A stretch of DNA of 64,000 nucleotides from Anaeromyxobacter sp. (GTDB lineage: Bacteria > Myxococcota > Myxococcia > Myxococcales > Anaeromyxobacteraceae), in the NCBI GenBank assembly GCA_049840735.1, contig JASGJN010000020.1, forward strand, positions 448,001 through 512,000, in the 5' to 3' direction. A model generated the notes under the pieces. The model was given only the letters and a program-made list of their open reading frames with translations, was not told the DNA's origin and did not search any database. Both the position numbers and the translations under genes were made by a program. Position 1 is the first letter of the stretch; every line of letters starts with the position of its first letter. Of the stretch, positions 45,146 to 55,300 are shown in pieces.

Positions 45146-45264
45146 GCAGGGCTCCTGGCGTGGGGGCTCGGGCGGCGTCCCGTCTTGTAGCGCAGGACCG
45201 GCGGGGGCGGGAACGGCGGTCTTTCCCTCCGGCGGGATCGGGGCGCGGTATCATCCCTGGCCCG

Positions 45265-46051
45265 ATGCTCGCCCCGCCCCCGTTCCTGGTCGAGAAGAAC
45301 ACCGCCCTCATGCTCGAGGCGGCGCTGCCGGCGCTGGTGGCCCGGCAGCTCGACGCCCGGCAGGCTGACGCGGTGTGCGGCCGGTACCGGCGCATCGGCC
45401 TCTGCCGGCTGCTCTCCTCCGGCCTCCCGGACGACCTGTTCACCTGGCTGGCCATGGGCGGGCAGGCCTTCCTGCACTGGCTGCAGGGGGTCCCGGCGGA
45501 GCGGAAGCACGGCAGCAGAATCGCTCCCCTGGTTCGACGCGGTCGCCGCCGGGGCCGACGCCCTGGCGGCCGGGATCGCGCGCGCCGCCGCCCCGGCCTG
45601 GACGCCGGGCGAGGAGTACGAGGACGACTTCCTCTACCCGCGCGTCCTCATGAGCCACTTCGGCGAGCGCGCCCCGGCCGCGCAGGTGGGCGCGCTGCTC
45701 GACCGGCTGGACGCGCTGACCGCCGGCGCCGATCCCCGCGCCGGCCTGTGCCGGGGGCTGGTCGAGCGGGACCAGGCGCGCTTCGAGGAGGCCCTGGACC
45801 AGGTGGTGGCGCGGCGGAGCGAGGACCTGGACCAGCGGCGCCAGCGCGGGATGCTCCCCGCCGAGGAGGGCGCCACCGAGGCGCGGATCTGGGTGGAGCT
45901 GCTGGCGCTGGTGCGGCTGGCGCAGGTGAGCGGGCTGGTCGTGGAGCCCGACCATCCCCTGGCCCCATCGCTGGCTCGCCGCCTGGACCGCGCCAGGCCT
46001 CCCGGACCGGACGCCTGGCGCACCTTCCCCTCCTACCGGCAGCTCGGATGA
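45265..46051 (+). CDS. Imm49-like immunity protein (apparent frameshift near 45520)
   Basis: Removing one base gives GSRSLPWFDAVAAG...W--GEEYEDDFLY...FEEAL...IWVELLALVRLA, the pattern of myxobacterial Imm49 proteins. Confidence 0.65.
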
Positions 46052-47175
46052 CCATGCGCCTCGCGCTCACCGGAGTGGGGCTCGTCACCGCGCTGGGCCG
46101 CGGCGCCACCGGCAGCTGCGCCGCGCTGCGCGCCGGCGTGGCGCTTCCGGTCGAGCTGGGCGCCGAGGTGGAGGACGGCGAGGGCGGGATGATCCCGGCG
46201 GCCGGCTACCCGACCGGCCTGGCCGATGGCTTCTTCCAGACCGGCGCCTGGGTGCGGCTGGCCACCGCCGCGCTCGAGGACCTCGGCCACCAGTCCGGCT
46301 TCGCGCTGGAGGACGCCGCCGGCTGGCAGCGGTCCGGCCTCACGCTGCTCCTGCCGGCCATCCTCGAGCCGCGCTTCCGCTGGACGCCGGCGGACGCGAC
46401 CGACCTGATCCACCAGGTGACCGATCCGGTCGCCTCGCTGCTCCGCCTCCCGGCGGCGCCCGCGCAGCGCTCGGCGCTGGGCGGCGGGTGCACCGGGCTG
46501 GCCAGCGCCCTGGAAGGCGCACTGCGCCAGCCGGCGCAGACGCCGCGCGAGCGCTGGGTGCTGGCCGCAGCGGACAGCTACGTGGATGGCCTGTCGCTGT
46601 CCTGGCTGGCCCTCGAGGGCAGGCTCAAGGAGCCCGGCCAGCCGGTGGGGCTCGCGCCCGGCGAGGCCGGCGCGGCCCTGCTGCTCGAGACCGAGCACGC
46701 CGCCCGCCAGCGCCGCGCCCAGCCGCTCGGGTTCATCGAGTCGGTGGCGCTGACCCGCGCGCCGGCCGGCACGCCGCCGCCGGCGAGCCCGGGCGAGGAA
46801 GGGCCGACATGGGCCCCGCCGCCCGCGCCTGCGCTGGGCCGGGCCCTGGCCCAGGCGCTGCGCGGCGTGCTGCCCGCAGGCCCGGCCCCGTGGCACGGCG
46901 ATCTCTACCTCGACCTGAACGGCGAGACCTGGAAGGCCGCCGGCTGGGGCCACGCACAGGTGGACCTGGTGCGGGTCATCGCCTTCGATCGCTGCCGCGT
47001 GATCTTCCCGGCCGAGTCGCTGGGCGAGACCGGGGCGGCGAGCCCGCTCATCGGCGTGGCGCTGGCGCTCTGGAACCTGCGGCGCGACGGGGCGCCCGGG
47101 GCCATCGTCTGCTCGATCGGGGACGACGGGCAGGTGGCGGCGGTCCGGCTGGGGCCGGCGGCGCCGGCGCGCTGA
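46048..47175 (+). CDS. PRK06147-like ketoacyl-synthase-fold protein (T6SS effector-loading accessory type)
   Basis: ALTGVGLVTALG, AALRAG, AADSY, APGEAGAALL, DLNGE, PAESLGETGAAS; ATGA coupling to the upstream gene. Confidence 0.75.
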   Translation: MTMRLALTGVGLVTALGRGATGSCAALRAGVALPVELGAEVEDGEGGMIPAAGYPTGLADGFFQTGAWVRLATAALEDLGHQSGFALEDAAGWQRSGLTLLLPAILEPRFRWTPADATDLIHQVTDPVASLLRLPAAPAQRSALGGGCTGLASALEGALRQPAQTPRERWVLAAADSYVDGLSLSWLALEGRLKEPGQPVGLAPGEAGAALLLETEHAARQRRAQPLGFIESVALTRAPAGTPPPASPGEEGPTWAPPPAPALGRALAQALRGVLPAGPAPWHGDLYLDLNGETWKAAGWGHAQVDLVRVIAFDRCRVIFPAESLGETGAASPLIGVALALWNLRRDGAPGAIVCSIGDDGQVAAVRLGPAAPAR

Positions 47176-47178
47176 GAC

Positions 47179-47766
47179 CTAGCCGGCCTGGTCGAGCTTC
47201 TTGAGGAACAGGTTGCTCGGGTTCGCGGGGCGGAGCAGTTCGACGAGGCGGTGGCTCACCACGTAGGTCTCCACCGACTCCTTGACGCGGAAGAGGTCCG
47301 GCGCCTGCTCGAGCTTCTTCGGGTCGAGGACCATCCGGTCGATCCCCACGATCTGGCCCAGCACCTGCTGGGAGTACTGGATCCGGCTTCGCTGCAGGTC
47401 GAGGCAGTCGAACGAGCCGAGCGGGTTCACGATGAAGTGCTCGGCGCTGGCGACGTTCCCGCGGTGATCGAGGAGCGTGAAGGGGTAGCACTCCATCGCC
47501 ACCCCCGTCCCCTCCAGCACGTCCTTCACGCTGCGGTGCACGATGAGCATGTTGCACGTGTTGTCCACGACCATCGGCGCCTTGAGCCGGGTCGGGTAAC
47601 GCTTGCTCATCTGCCACTTCGCGTCGGCCGGGTACTCGGCTGCCGCCGAGATCCCGCGGCACATCTTGAAGGCGAACGCGCCCGTTCCGACCGGATTGCG
47701 GTCCAGGATGCAGTTTGCAGCGTCGGCCATCGGCAGCGTATTGACGGAGAAGTAGTCCATATCCAT
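47179..47766 (-). CDS. Imm11 (DUF1629)-like immunity protein
   Basis: LIVHRSVKDVLE, FIVNPL---DCLD, LFRV, VVS--LVE; immediately downstream of the AHH toxin. Confidence 0.75.
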   Translation of the reverse strand: MDMDYFSVNTLPMADAANCILDRNPVGTGAFAFKMCRGISAAAEYPADAKWQMSKRYPTRLKAPMVVDNTCNMLIVHRSVKDVLEGTGVAMECYPFTLLDHRGNVASAEHFIVNPLGSFDCLDLQRSRIQYSQQVLGQIVGIDRMVLDPKKLEQAPDLFRVKESVETYVVSHRLVELLRPANPSNLFLKKLDQAG

Positions 47767-48700
47767 TCAGGCGAGCTGGAAGTCCAGCGATCCGATGTCG
47801 TTCAACGAAGCTCCCGGGGACGTGCCTCCGAACGCGACGACGCCCTGGAAGCACTGCTCTGACAGCCGCTCGAGCTTCTCCTTGGTGATCTGGATCGTCT
47901 CCATGGCCTTGCAGGGATCCGGCGGGGTGCCCCGGGCCTGCGAGGCGTGCTGCTCGAAGTCGCGAATCACCGGGTCCAGGCCTCTGACCACCTCTGCCGT
48001 GTAGTGCTCGTGGTCCGCGTAGTCGGAGGGCACGTGCACGTCCGCGGGACCATTCAGCGTCAGGTGTCGCGGCAAGCGAAGAACCTGCGCGACCTCCTGA
48101 TCCATGGGCAGGAACAGCATGTTCTTGTAGTGATTGATGTTGTACTGGCCGCGGTGCAGCCCGACGCTCACCAGGTCCCGGATCTCAGGGTCCTCGACGT
48201 CCATGATCGCGTCCGCGAACGTCGCCTTGGGGATCAGGTGGTGCGCGTTGTTCCAGTCAGGGCCAGAACGCGGTGCGGAAGTTCTGGCCCACCGGGATCT
48301 GCCGCTTGAGCCTGGGCGGCGTGGCGGCAGGCGATGGGCGCGCCACCGTCGGCCCGTCCAGATCCCAGTCTCCCGCTCCAGGCAGCGCCAGCGTCGCGGC
48401 GTAGTCGCGGTCCAGCGGCGTGAGCCCGCCGCTCTTGGCCTCACGCTGCATGGTGGCCAGGCGATCGCCGGCAATCCCACGCGCCGCCAGCCCGGCCCGG
48501 TCGTCGGCCACCGGGTAGTTCTTGTAGACCTTCGTGTGCGCCTCGCGCTTCTCCTGCCGCGCCTGCCACCGGCAGGAGCAGCTGTTCTGCTTGTGCTTCG
48601 GCTCGTTGTGGAAGAGACACGCCCCACCCTCGGTGGAGCCGGACACGGAGACATGGTTCGGATTGTTCGTCTCCGCGACGTGCTGGCTCGCCTCGGACAT
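47767..48700 (-). CDS. AHH (HNH-fold) nuclease toxin (apparent frameshift near 48258)
   Basis: W-N-N-AHHLIP, YNIN---NMLFLP, LPRH, H--Y; N-part 48257-48700 joins if one base is removed. Confidence 0.8.
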
Positions 48701-48709
48701 GTCGCCCCC

Positions 48710-49171
48710 CTACACCCGCTTCTTGCAGCACAGGCACTTCGACGGGCCCGCCTGCTTCGGCAGCGCGATCACCGGCGGCTGCAGCACCGGGAACGGCGGC
48801 GTGTTCTTGTCGTTGTGGGTCATGAGGTCGAAGGACCGCGCCACCCCCTTCCCCTCCACCTTCACGTCGAAGGCGTAGTTCACGAACTCCGCCTTGCCCT
48901 TGATCTTGTTCGAGGCCACGCCACCGCCGGCCGAGCCGGCCTCGTCGCCGGTGCTCATGGCGAAGTTGGAGCTGGCGATGCAGATCGGCTTCCCCTCCAC
49001 CTTGACCTGCTTCGAGCCCTGGCCCGTGTCGGAGGAGCGGGCCACGTTGGGATAGGGGATTGGCACCGGGCCGCCCGGGCTGGGCGTCTTGCAGACGTCC
49101 GGGAACGCGATGGTCACGCCGTTGGTGTCGGCGTTGACGATTGACAGCTTGTTCACGCCCACCTTGCCCAT
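48710..49171 (-). CDS. DUF4150 PAAR-like spike-tip protein with C-terminal CxxC extension
   Basis: AFPDVCKTPSPGGPVPIPYPN, STGDEAG, GGGVAS, DVKVEGKGV-R--D-M-HN; tail KCLCCKKRV. Confidence 0.92.
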   Translation of the reverse strand: MGKVGVNKLSIVNADTNGVTIAFPDVCKTPSPGGPVPIPYPNVARSSDTGQGSKQVKVEGKPICIASSNFAMSTGDEAGSAGGGVASNKIKGKAEFVNYAFDVKVEGKGVARSFDLMTHNDKNTPPFPVLQPPVIALPKQAGPSKCLCCKKRV

Positions 49172-49212
49172 GCGTCCTCCTCCCCTGCCCCGCGCGCGGC
49201 GATCCCCGCCGC

Positions 49213-50535
49213 TCACTGCATCCACGCCTCGAAGGGCCGCGCCGACCAGCTCCCGGCCGAGGGCGCGCTGCGCGCCGCCGCGAGCTGCTGCAGCTGCACG
49301 GCCGTGAGCGCGCCGGTTTCCAGCTGGACCTCCCCGCGGCTCCGGATGGCCAGCTCCAGCGCCAGCCCCGCGCGCCGGCGGGCCGACCCCCGCTCCAGCT
49401 CGGTCACCAGCCGGCCCACCTGGAAGGGCGACCCGCGCAGCAGCCGGGCGGCCGGGTCGAGCCGCTTGCGCGCCTCGCTCCACCAGGTCGCCACGGCCCC
49501 GGGCTCGGCCAGCGGGAGCTCGGCGTCGTCCGACGGGAGCAGGTCGTTCGCCAGGTCTTCCTCGAGCGGCGGCAGCTCCTCGCCCTCCTCCGAAGGGGCC
49601 TCGCGCAGCAGCGGACCGGCCAGCTCCAGGCCGGTGATGGCCGCGAAGGCCTCGGCGGCCACGCCGCCCAGCTCGTCGTCGCCCAGCCAGCGCAGGCACC
49701 CGTCCGCGGCCACCACGCTGCCGCTGTAGCCGAGCGCCACCAGCGCCTCGCGCCGGAGCCCGGCCTCGCCCAGCAGGGCGATGAGCCGCTCCAGGTCCGC
49801 GGCGGTGCCGCCGGTGGCCAGCGCCAGGCGCGCCAGCCGTCCGTCCGCGCCGGCCTCGGCGACCCGCTCGCGCGCGGCCCGCAGCGCCGCCTTGCGGCCG
49901 GACACCAGGCCCGTCAGCAGCGCGGCGCTCCGCACCGCGGGATTGCCGTCCGCGAGCGCCGGCTCCAGGACCGCGCGATCCACCGTGGCCGGCTCCACCC
50001 GCCCGGCGCGCAGCGCCGCGGTCCGGACCAGGGGGCGCGGGTCCCGCGCCAGCCGCGCCGCGCGACCCGCCGGCAGGGCGCGGCGGAAGGCCAGCACCTC
50101 CAGCGCCGACACCACCTTCCCCTCGTCCGGATCGTCCAGCAGCGCCAGCGCCGCCTGGCCTGCGCCGGGGCGCTCCGAGAGCTGGAGCGCCCGCGCCAGC
50201 GACGGGCGCCGCTCCCCGTCCGCTGCGGCGAAGGCGCCGCCAGCGGCCTGCGGGGCCGCCTCGCCGCCCAGCAGCGCCAGCGCGGCAGCGGTCCGCAGCT
50301 CCGGCTCGTCCGCCTCCAGCGCCGGCAGGAGCAGCCTCCGCGCCGCGCCCTCCCCGGCCACCTCCAGCGCCTCGAGGTGCGCCAGCAGCCGGTCCTCCTC
50401 GGGGCCCGCGGCCACCTCGGCCAGCGTGTACCCGTGGGCACGCAGCGCCGACTCGCGCTGGCCCAGCAGGAACCCGGCCTCCTCCAGGTGCAGCGCCAGC
50501 ACGTCCCAGCGCAGCACGCGATCGGGCGCGCGCAT
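49213..50535 (-). CDS. TIGR02270-family HEAT-repeat protein
   Basis: WDV---HLEEAGFL...E-RLLAHLEAL N-terminus, AAEAFAAITGL, WW...R-LRG-P, LELAIRS. Confidence 0.85.
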   Translation of the reverse strand: MRAPDRVLRWDVLALHLEEAGFLLGQRESALRAHGYTLAEVAAGPEEDRLLAHLEALEVAGEGAARRLLLPALEADEPELRTAAALALLGGEAAPQAAGGAFAAADGERRPSLARALQLSERPGAGQAALALLDDPDEGKVVSALEVLAFRRALPAGRAARLARDPRPLVRTAALRAGRVEPATVDRAVLEPALADGNPAVRSAALLTGLVSGRKAALRAARERVAEAGADGRLARLALATGGTAADLERLIALLGEAGLRREALVALGYSGSVVAADGCLRWLGDDELGGVAAEAFAAITGLELAGPLLREAPSEEGEELPPLEEDLANDLLPSDDAELPLAEPGAVATWWSEARKRLDPAARLLRGSPFQVGRLVTELERGSARRRAGLALELAIRSRGEVQLETGALTAVQLQQLAAARSAPSAGSWSARPFEAWMQ

Positions 50536-51073
50536 CAGTTGATTTCGATTCTTCCGCCCTTGATCCGCTGCAGGCCGCTGGCGCTGGTCTCGACCTGCAC
50601 GCCCCGCAGCACGATGCGGCCGTTGCGGCGGAGCGTGATGGAGGCCTTGCCGCAGCGGAGCACCACCTCGTCCTGCCCCTCGAGCACCACCCGGCGGCCG
50701 TCCACCACCGCCTCCGCCGGCGGGCGGGGAGTGGACGGCGCTGGCGTGGCCTCGGGCGCCGGCGACAGGACCGCGTCCAGCAGCGGCGTCTCCACCTCCG
50801 GCCGGAGCAGCGCCAGCAGGATGGCGGGAGGGGATTGCCGGCGTCGAAGGCCAGGACCGCGCCCTGGCGCAGCCGGGCCGCCTCGCGAAGCGCGTCCGGC
50901 TCCAGCCCGGCCGCGACCTGGGCCGGCAGCTGCGCGCCGGACGCGCCGGGGTAGCCGACCAGCACGGCGCCGCGCTCCTCGCGCGCCACCCAGCCGATCC
51001 GGACGCCGTCGATGCGCGCCTCGCGCGGACGCAGCGGGATCACATCGCGGTCATCGGGCGCGCGCTCGCTCAT
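50535..51073 (-). CDS. DUF6484 protein (short gp5/VgrG-like spike) (apparent frameshift near 50826-50835)
   Basis: N-part VLAFDAGNP|ILL; C-part VDGRRVVLEGQDEVVLRCGKASITLRRNGRIVLRG...IKGGRIEIN. Confidence 0.8.
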
Positions 51074-51219
51074 CGGCGTCCCCTTCTCGAAAGCAGCCGG
51101 GCAGGTGTGTGCTGGAGCCTACCACGCACCTCCGCACCTCTCGGCCTCTGCGTGAACCCGCGCGGCGCCGGAAGACCCGCCCCACTTCGCGGCTTTTTCA
51201 TTTTCGTCCGCCTGCCCCC

Positions 51220-51250
51220 TTGACACCTCTCGCGGGTCGCGATTTAGTTT
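51220..51250 (+). promoter_or_regulatory. sigma70-type promoter candidate
   Basis: Perfect TTGACA at 51220-51225; AT-rich -10 candidates TTTAGT (17-nt spacer) or TAGTTT (19-nt spacer). Confidence 0.55.
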
Positions 51251-51272
51251 GTTCGTCGAACGAACAAAGTAG
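51244..51272. promoter_or_regulatory. ROK-family (XylR-like) operator
   Basis: TTAG-TTTGTTCGT-CGA-ACGAACAAA-GTAG: perfect 9-bp inverted repeat, AT-rich in a GC-rich background, overlapping the -10 region. Confidence 0.65.
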
Positions 51273-51371
51273 ACGTTCCGAGGCCGCGGTGAGAGAACAC
51301 AAGCATTCGCGCCCAGTTGACCCCTGCCGGCGGCGCCGGTCGGGCCACCGTCCGGGCGGGGAGCACCACAC

Positions 51372-52349
51372 GTGACTGCGGCGGAACGTCATCCTCTCCT
51401 CCACGTCTCCGGCCTCCGGAAGAGCTTCCGCCAGGGCGGGGTGATCCGCGGGCGGACCTCGCTCCTGGCCGTGGACGACGTCGAGTTCCGGGTCGAGCGC
51501 GGCGAGGCGGTGGCGCTGGTCGGCGAGTCCGGCAGCGGGAAGAGCACCATCGCCCGCCTGCTGGTCCGCCTCGAGCAGGCCGACGCTGGCGCCATCCGGC
51601 TCGACGGCCGCGACGTGCTGCGCGAGGAGCCGAGGGCGGCCTCGCTGGCCTACCGGTCGCGGGTCCAGATGATCTTCCAGGACCCCTTCGGCTCGCTCAA
51701 CCCTTCGCACAGCGTGGCCTACCACCTGGAGCGGCCGCTCCTCCGCCACGGGCGCGCCACGCGCGCCGACGTGCGCGAGAAGACCCTGGCGCTGCTGCGC
51801 GACGTGGGGCTGGAACCTCCGGAGGAGTTCCTGGAGCGCCATCCCTACGAGCTCTCCGGCGGCCAGCGCCAGCGGGTGGCCATCGCGCGCGCCCTGGCGG
51901 TGGGGCCCGACCTGCTGGTGGCCGACGAGCCGACCTCGATGCTGGACGTCTCGCTCCGCAGCGGCGTGCTAGGGCTCCTGCAGCGGCTGCGCCGCGAGCG
52001 CGGCCTGGGGCTGGTGCTGATCACGCACGACCTGGCCGCGGCCCGCCACGTGGCCGACCGGCTGCTGGTGCTCTACCGCGGCCAGCTGGTCGAGGACGGC
52101 CCTGCCGCCGCGCTGATCGAGGCCCCGGCCCACCCGTACACCCGCGCGCTGCTGGCCGCGGTGGCCCACGGCCGCGCCGGCGAGCGCCCCCGGCTGCGTC
52201 ACGACCCGACCCCGGCCGCGGGCGGCTGCCCCTTCGCCCCGCGCTGCCCCGAGGTCACCGACCGCTGCCGCGCCGAGCCGGCGCCGCTGGTCACGCTCGG
52301 CGCCGGCCGCCGCGCCCGCTGCCACCTCGTCCCCGCCACCCGCGCCTAG
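51372..52349 (+). CDS. Oligopeptide-type (OppF/DppF) ABC transporter ATP-binding protein
   Basis: GESGSGKST, QMIFQDP, LSGGQRQR, ADEPTSMLD, HPYTRAL, GCPFAPRC...CHL. Confidence 0.93.
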   Translation: MTAAERHPLLHVSGLRKSFRQGGVIRGRTSLLAVDDVEFRVERGEAVALVGESGSGKSTIARLLVRLEQADAGAIRLDGRDVLREEPRAASLAYRSRVQMIFQDPFGSLNPSHSVAYHLERPLLRHGRATRADVREKTLALLRDVGLEPPEEFLERHPYELSGGQRQRVAIARALAVGPDLLVADEPTSMLDVSLRSGVLGLLQRLRRERGLGLVLITHDLAAARHVADRLLVLYRGQLVEDGPAAALIEAPAHPYTRALLAAVAHGRAGERPRLRHDPTPAAGGCPFAPRCPEVTDRCRAEPAPLVTLGAGRRARCHLVPATRA

Positions 52350-52367
52350 CGCCGCATCGGAATCCGC

Positions 52368-55300
52368 ATGACCTCCCCCTCCCCGCTCCACCTGGGCCAG
52401 ACCCCGCTCGCGCCGCCGCCCGGACCGGTGACGGGGCGGCTGACCGACGCCTTCGGGGAGCGCTGCTACGTGATCGAGAACGCCCAGGCGCTGCCACCGT
52501 TCCTGGTGAGCGTGGTGAGCGACGCCGATCACTGGCTCTTCGCGGCCAGCCACGGGCCGCTCTCGGCCGGCCGGCGCAGCCCCGCCACCGCCCTCTTCCC
52601 CTACGTCACCGAGGACCGGATCCACGACAGCGCCGGCCTGACCGGCCCGGTGGCCGCGCTCCGGGTCACGCGCGACGGCCGGACCCAGCTCTGGCGGCCG
52701 CTGCGCGCCGACGACGGCCTCGCCTACCGCGTGGTCCGCCGGCTCTACAAGAACGTGCTGGGCAACCGGCTGGTCTACGAGGAGGAGAACCTCGACCTGG
52801 GGCTGGTCTACCGCACCGGCTGGCAGACCAGCGCGCGCTTCGGGTTCGTGCGCGAGTGCGAGCTCCTGAACCGCGGCGGCCCCGCCGAGGTGGCGCTCCT
52901 GGACGGCCTGGTCAACCTCCTCCCGGCCGACGTGGACGACGCGCTCCAGGGCAGCCTCTCGGTGCTGGTGGACGCGTACAAGCGCAACGAGCAGGTGGCC
53001 GGGACCCCGCTGGCGCTCTATACGCTGGCGGCGCAGGTGGTGGACCGGGCCGAGCCCCGCGAGTCGCTGCACGCCACCACGGTCTGGAGCCACGGACTGC
53101 CGGCGGCGCGGATCCACCTGGAGGCCGAGGCGCTGCCCCGCTTCGAGCGCGGCCTGGCGCCGGCGCCGCAGGACGAGGTGCGCGGCCGGCGCGGGGCCTA
53201 CCTGGCGGAGGCGCAGCTGGCGCTCCCGGCCGGCGCCGGGGCCCGCTGGCTGATGGTGGCGGACGTGGCGCGGCCGCAGCACGCGGTGGCGGCGCTGGCC
53301 GATCAGCTGCGCGATGCGGCCGGCGCGGCCGAAGCGGTGCGGGCCGACGTCCGGCGCGGGAGCGAGCGGCTGCTGCGCATCGTGGCCTCCACCGACGGGC
53401 TGCAGCGCACCGCCGACGAGCTGGCCACCGCGCACCACACCGCCAACGTGCTCTTCAACGACCTGCGCGGCGGCGTCCCGGCCGCCGGCGGCGAGCTGCC
53501 CGGGCGCGATTTGGAGGCCCACGTCGCGCGGATGAGCGGCGCCGTCGCGCGCCGCCACGCCTTCTTCCTCGCCACCCTGCCCGACCTGGCCCCGCGGGCC
53601 GAGGTGCTGGAGCAGGTGGAGGCGCTGGGCGATCCGGACCTGCTGCGGCTCGTCCTCGAGTACCTGCCGCTCACCTTCAGCCGCCGCCACGGCGACCCCA
53701 GCCGCCCCTGGAACCGCTTCGACATCCACGTCCGCGACGCCGCCGGGCGCGAACGGCTGCACTACCAGGGGAACTGGCGCGACATCTTCCAGAACTGGGA
53801 GGCGCTGGCCCTCTCCTGGCCGGCGCTGGCCGAGGGGTTCGTGGCCCGCTTCGTGAACGCCTCCACCGCCGACGGCCACAACCCGTACCGGATCTCCAAG
53901 GACGGGATCGACTGGGAGACGCCGGATCCCGACCACCCCTGGGCCACCATCGGCTACTGGGGCGACCACCAGCTCATCTACCTGCTGCGGCTCCTGCAGG
54001 TGTCCCTGCGCCACCACCCCGAGCGGCTGCGCGCGCTGCTGGGGCGGAGCCTCTTCACCTACGCCGACGTGCCCTACGAGCTCGTCCCCTGGGACGAGAT
54101 TCTGCGCGACCCGCGCGCCACCATCCGCTTCGACGCGCCCAAGCACGCCCGGCTCGCGGCGCGCGCCCGCACCGAGGGCGCCGACGCGCGGCTGCTCCAC
54201 GGGCCGGACGGGCTCCACCGCGTGACGCTGGTGGAGAAGCTGCTGGTGCCGGCGCTGGCCAAGCTCGCCAACCTGGTCCCGGGCGGCGGGATCTGGATGA
54301 ACACCCAGCGCCCGGAGTGGAACGACGCCAACAACGCGCTGGTCGGGCATGGGCTCTCGGTGGTGACGCTCTGCCACCTCGAGGCCTACCTCACCTTCCT
54401 GCCCCAGCTGCTCGCCCCGCTGCGCGGGACCGCCGTGCCGCTCTCCCCGGAGGTGGCCGGCTGGGCCGAGGCCACGCGCGCCGCGCTGGAGGGGCACCTG
54501 GCGCTCCTCTCCGGCGCGCCGGACGACGCCGCCCGCGGCGCGCTGATGGCGGCGCTGGGACGCCCGGCCGGCGCCTACCGCCAGCGGCTCTACCGCCACG
54601 GCCTCTCCGCGCCGGCCCCGGCGCCGGTGGACGAGCTGCTGGCGCTGGTGGCGGTGGCGCTGCGCTTCGTGCGCGACGGCCTCGCGCGCAACCGGCGCGC
54701 CGACGGCCTCTTCCACGCCTACAACCTGCTGGTCCCGCGGGGCGCCTGCGCCTTCGGGATCGAGCCCCTCCCCGAGATGCTCGAGGGGCAGGTGGCCGCG
54801 CTGGGCACCGGGATGGTCGGCCCGGAGGCGGCGCTGGAGGTGCTGGCTGCGCTCCGCCGCAGCGCCCTCTACCGCGAGGATCAGCAGAGCTACACCCTCT
54901 ACCCGGACCGGCAGCTGCCGCGCTTCCTGGAGAAGAACGTGATCCCGGACGCGGAGCTGACCCGCGTCCCCGAGCTGGGGCGGCTGCTCGACTCCGGGGC
55001 CGGCCCCGGCGGCCCCATCCTCCGGCGCGACGCGCAGGGCAAGGTCCGCTTCGAGGCCGGGTTCCACAACGCCGACGCCTGCCGCGCCGCGCTGGAGGCG
55101 CTGCGCGAGGCGGGCCGGGCCGGGCTGGACGCCGCCGGGGTGGAGGCGGTCCTGGCCGCCTACGAGCGGGTCTTCAACCACCGCGCCTTCACCGGCCGCA
55201 GCGGCTCCATGTTCGCCTACGAGGGGCTGGGCTCCATCTACTGGCACATGGTGGCCAAGCTGCTGGTGGCGGTGCAGGAGCAGCTCTTCGCCGCCGCCGA

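Noticed and set aside
45160..51073. Imm49-PRK06147 and DUF6484-PAAR fusion ORFs
   Set aside because: Both run through non-protein-like frames after indels at about 45520 and 50830; the downstream genes have their own starts
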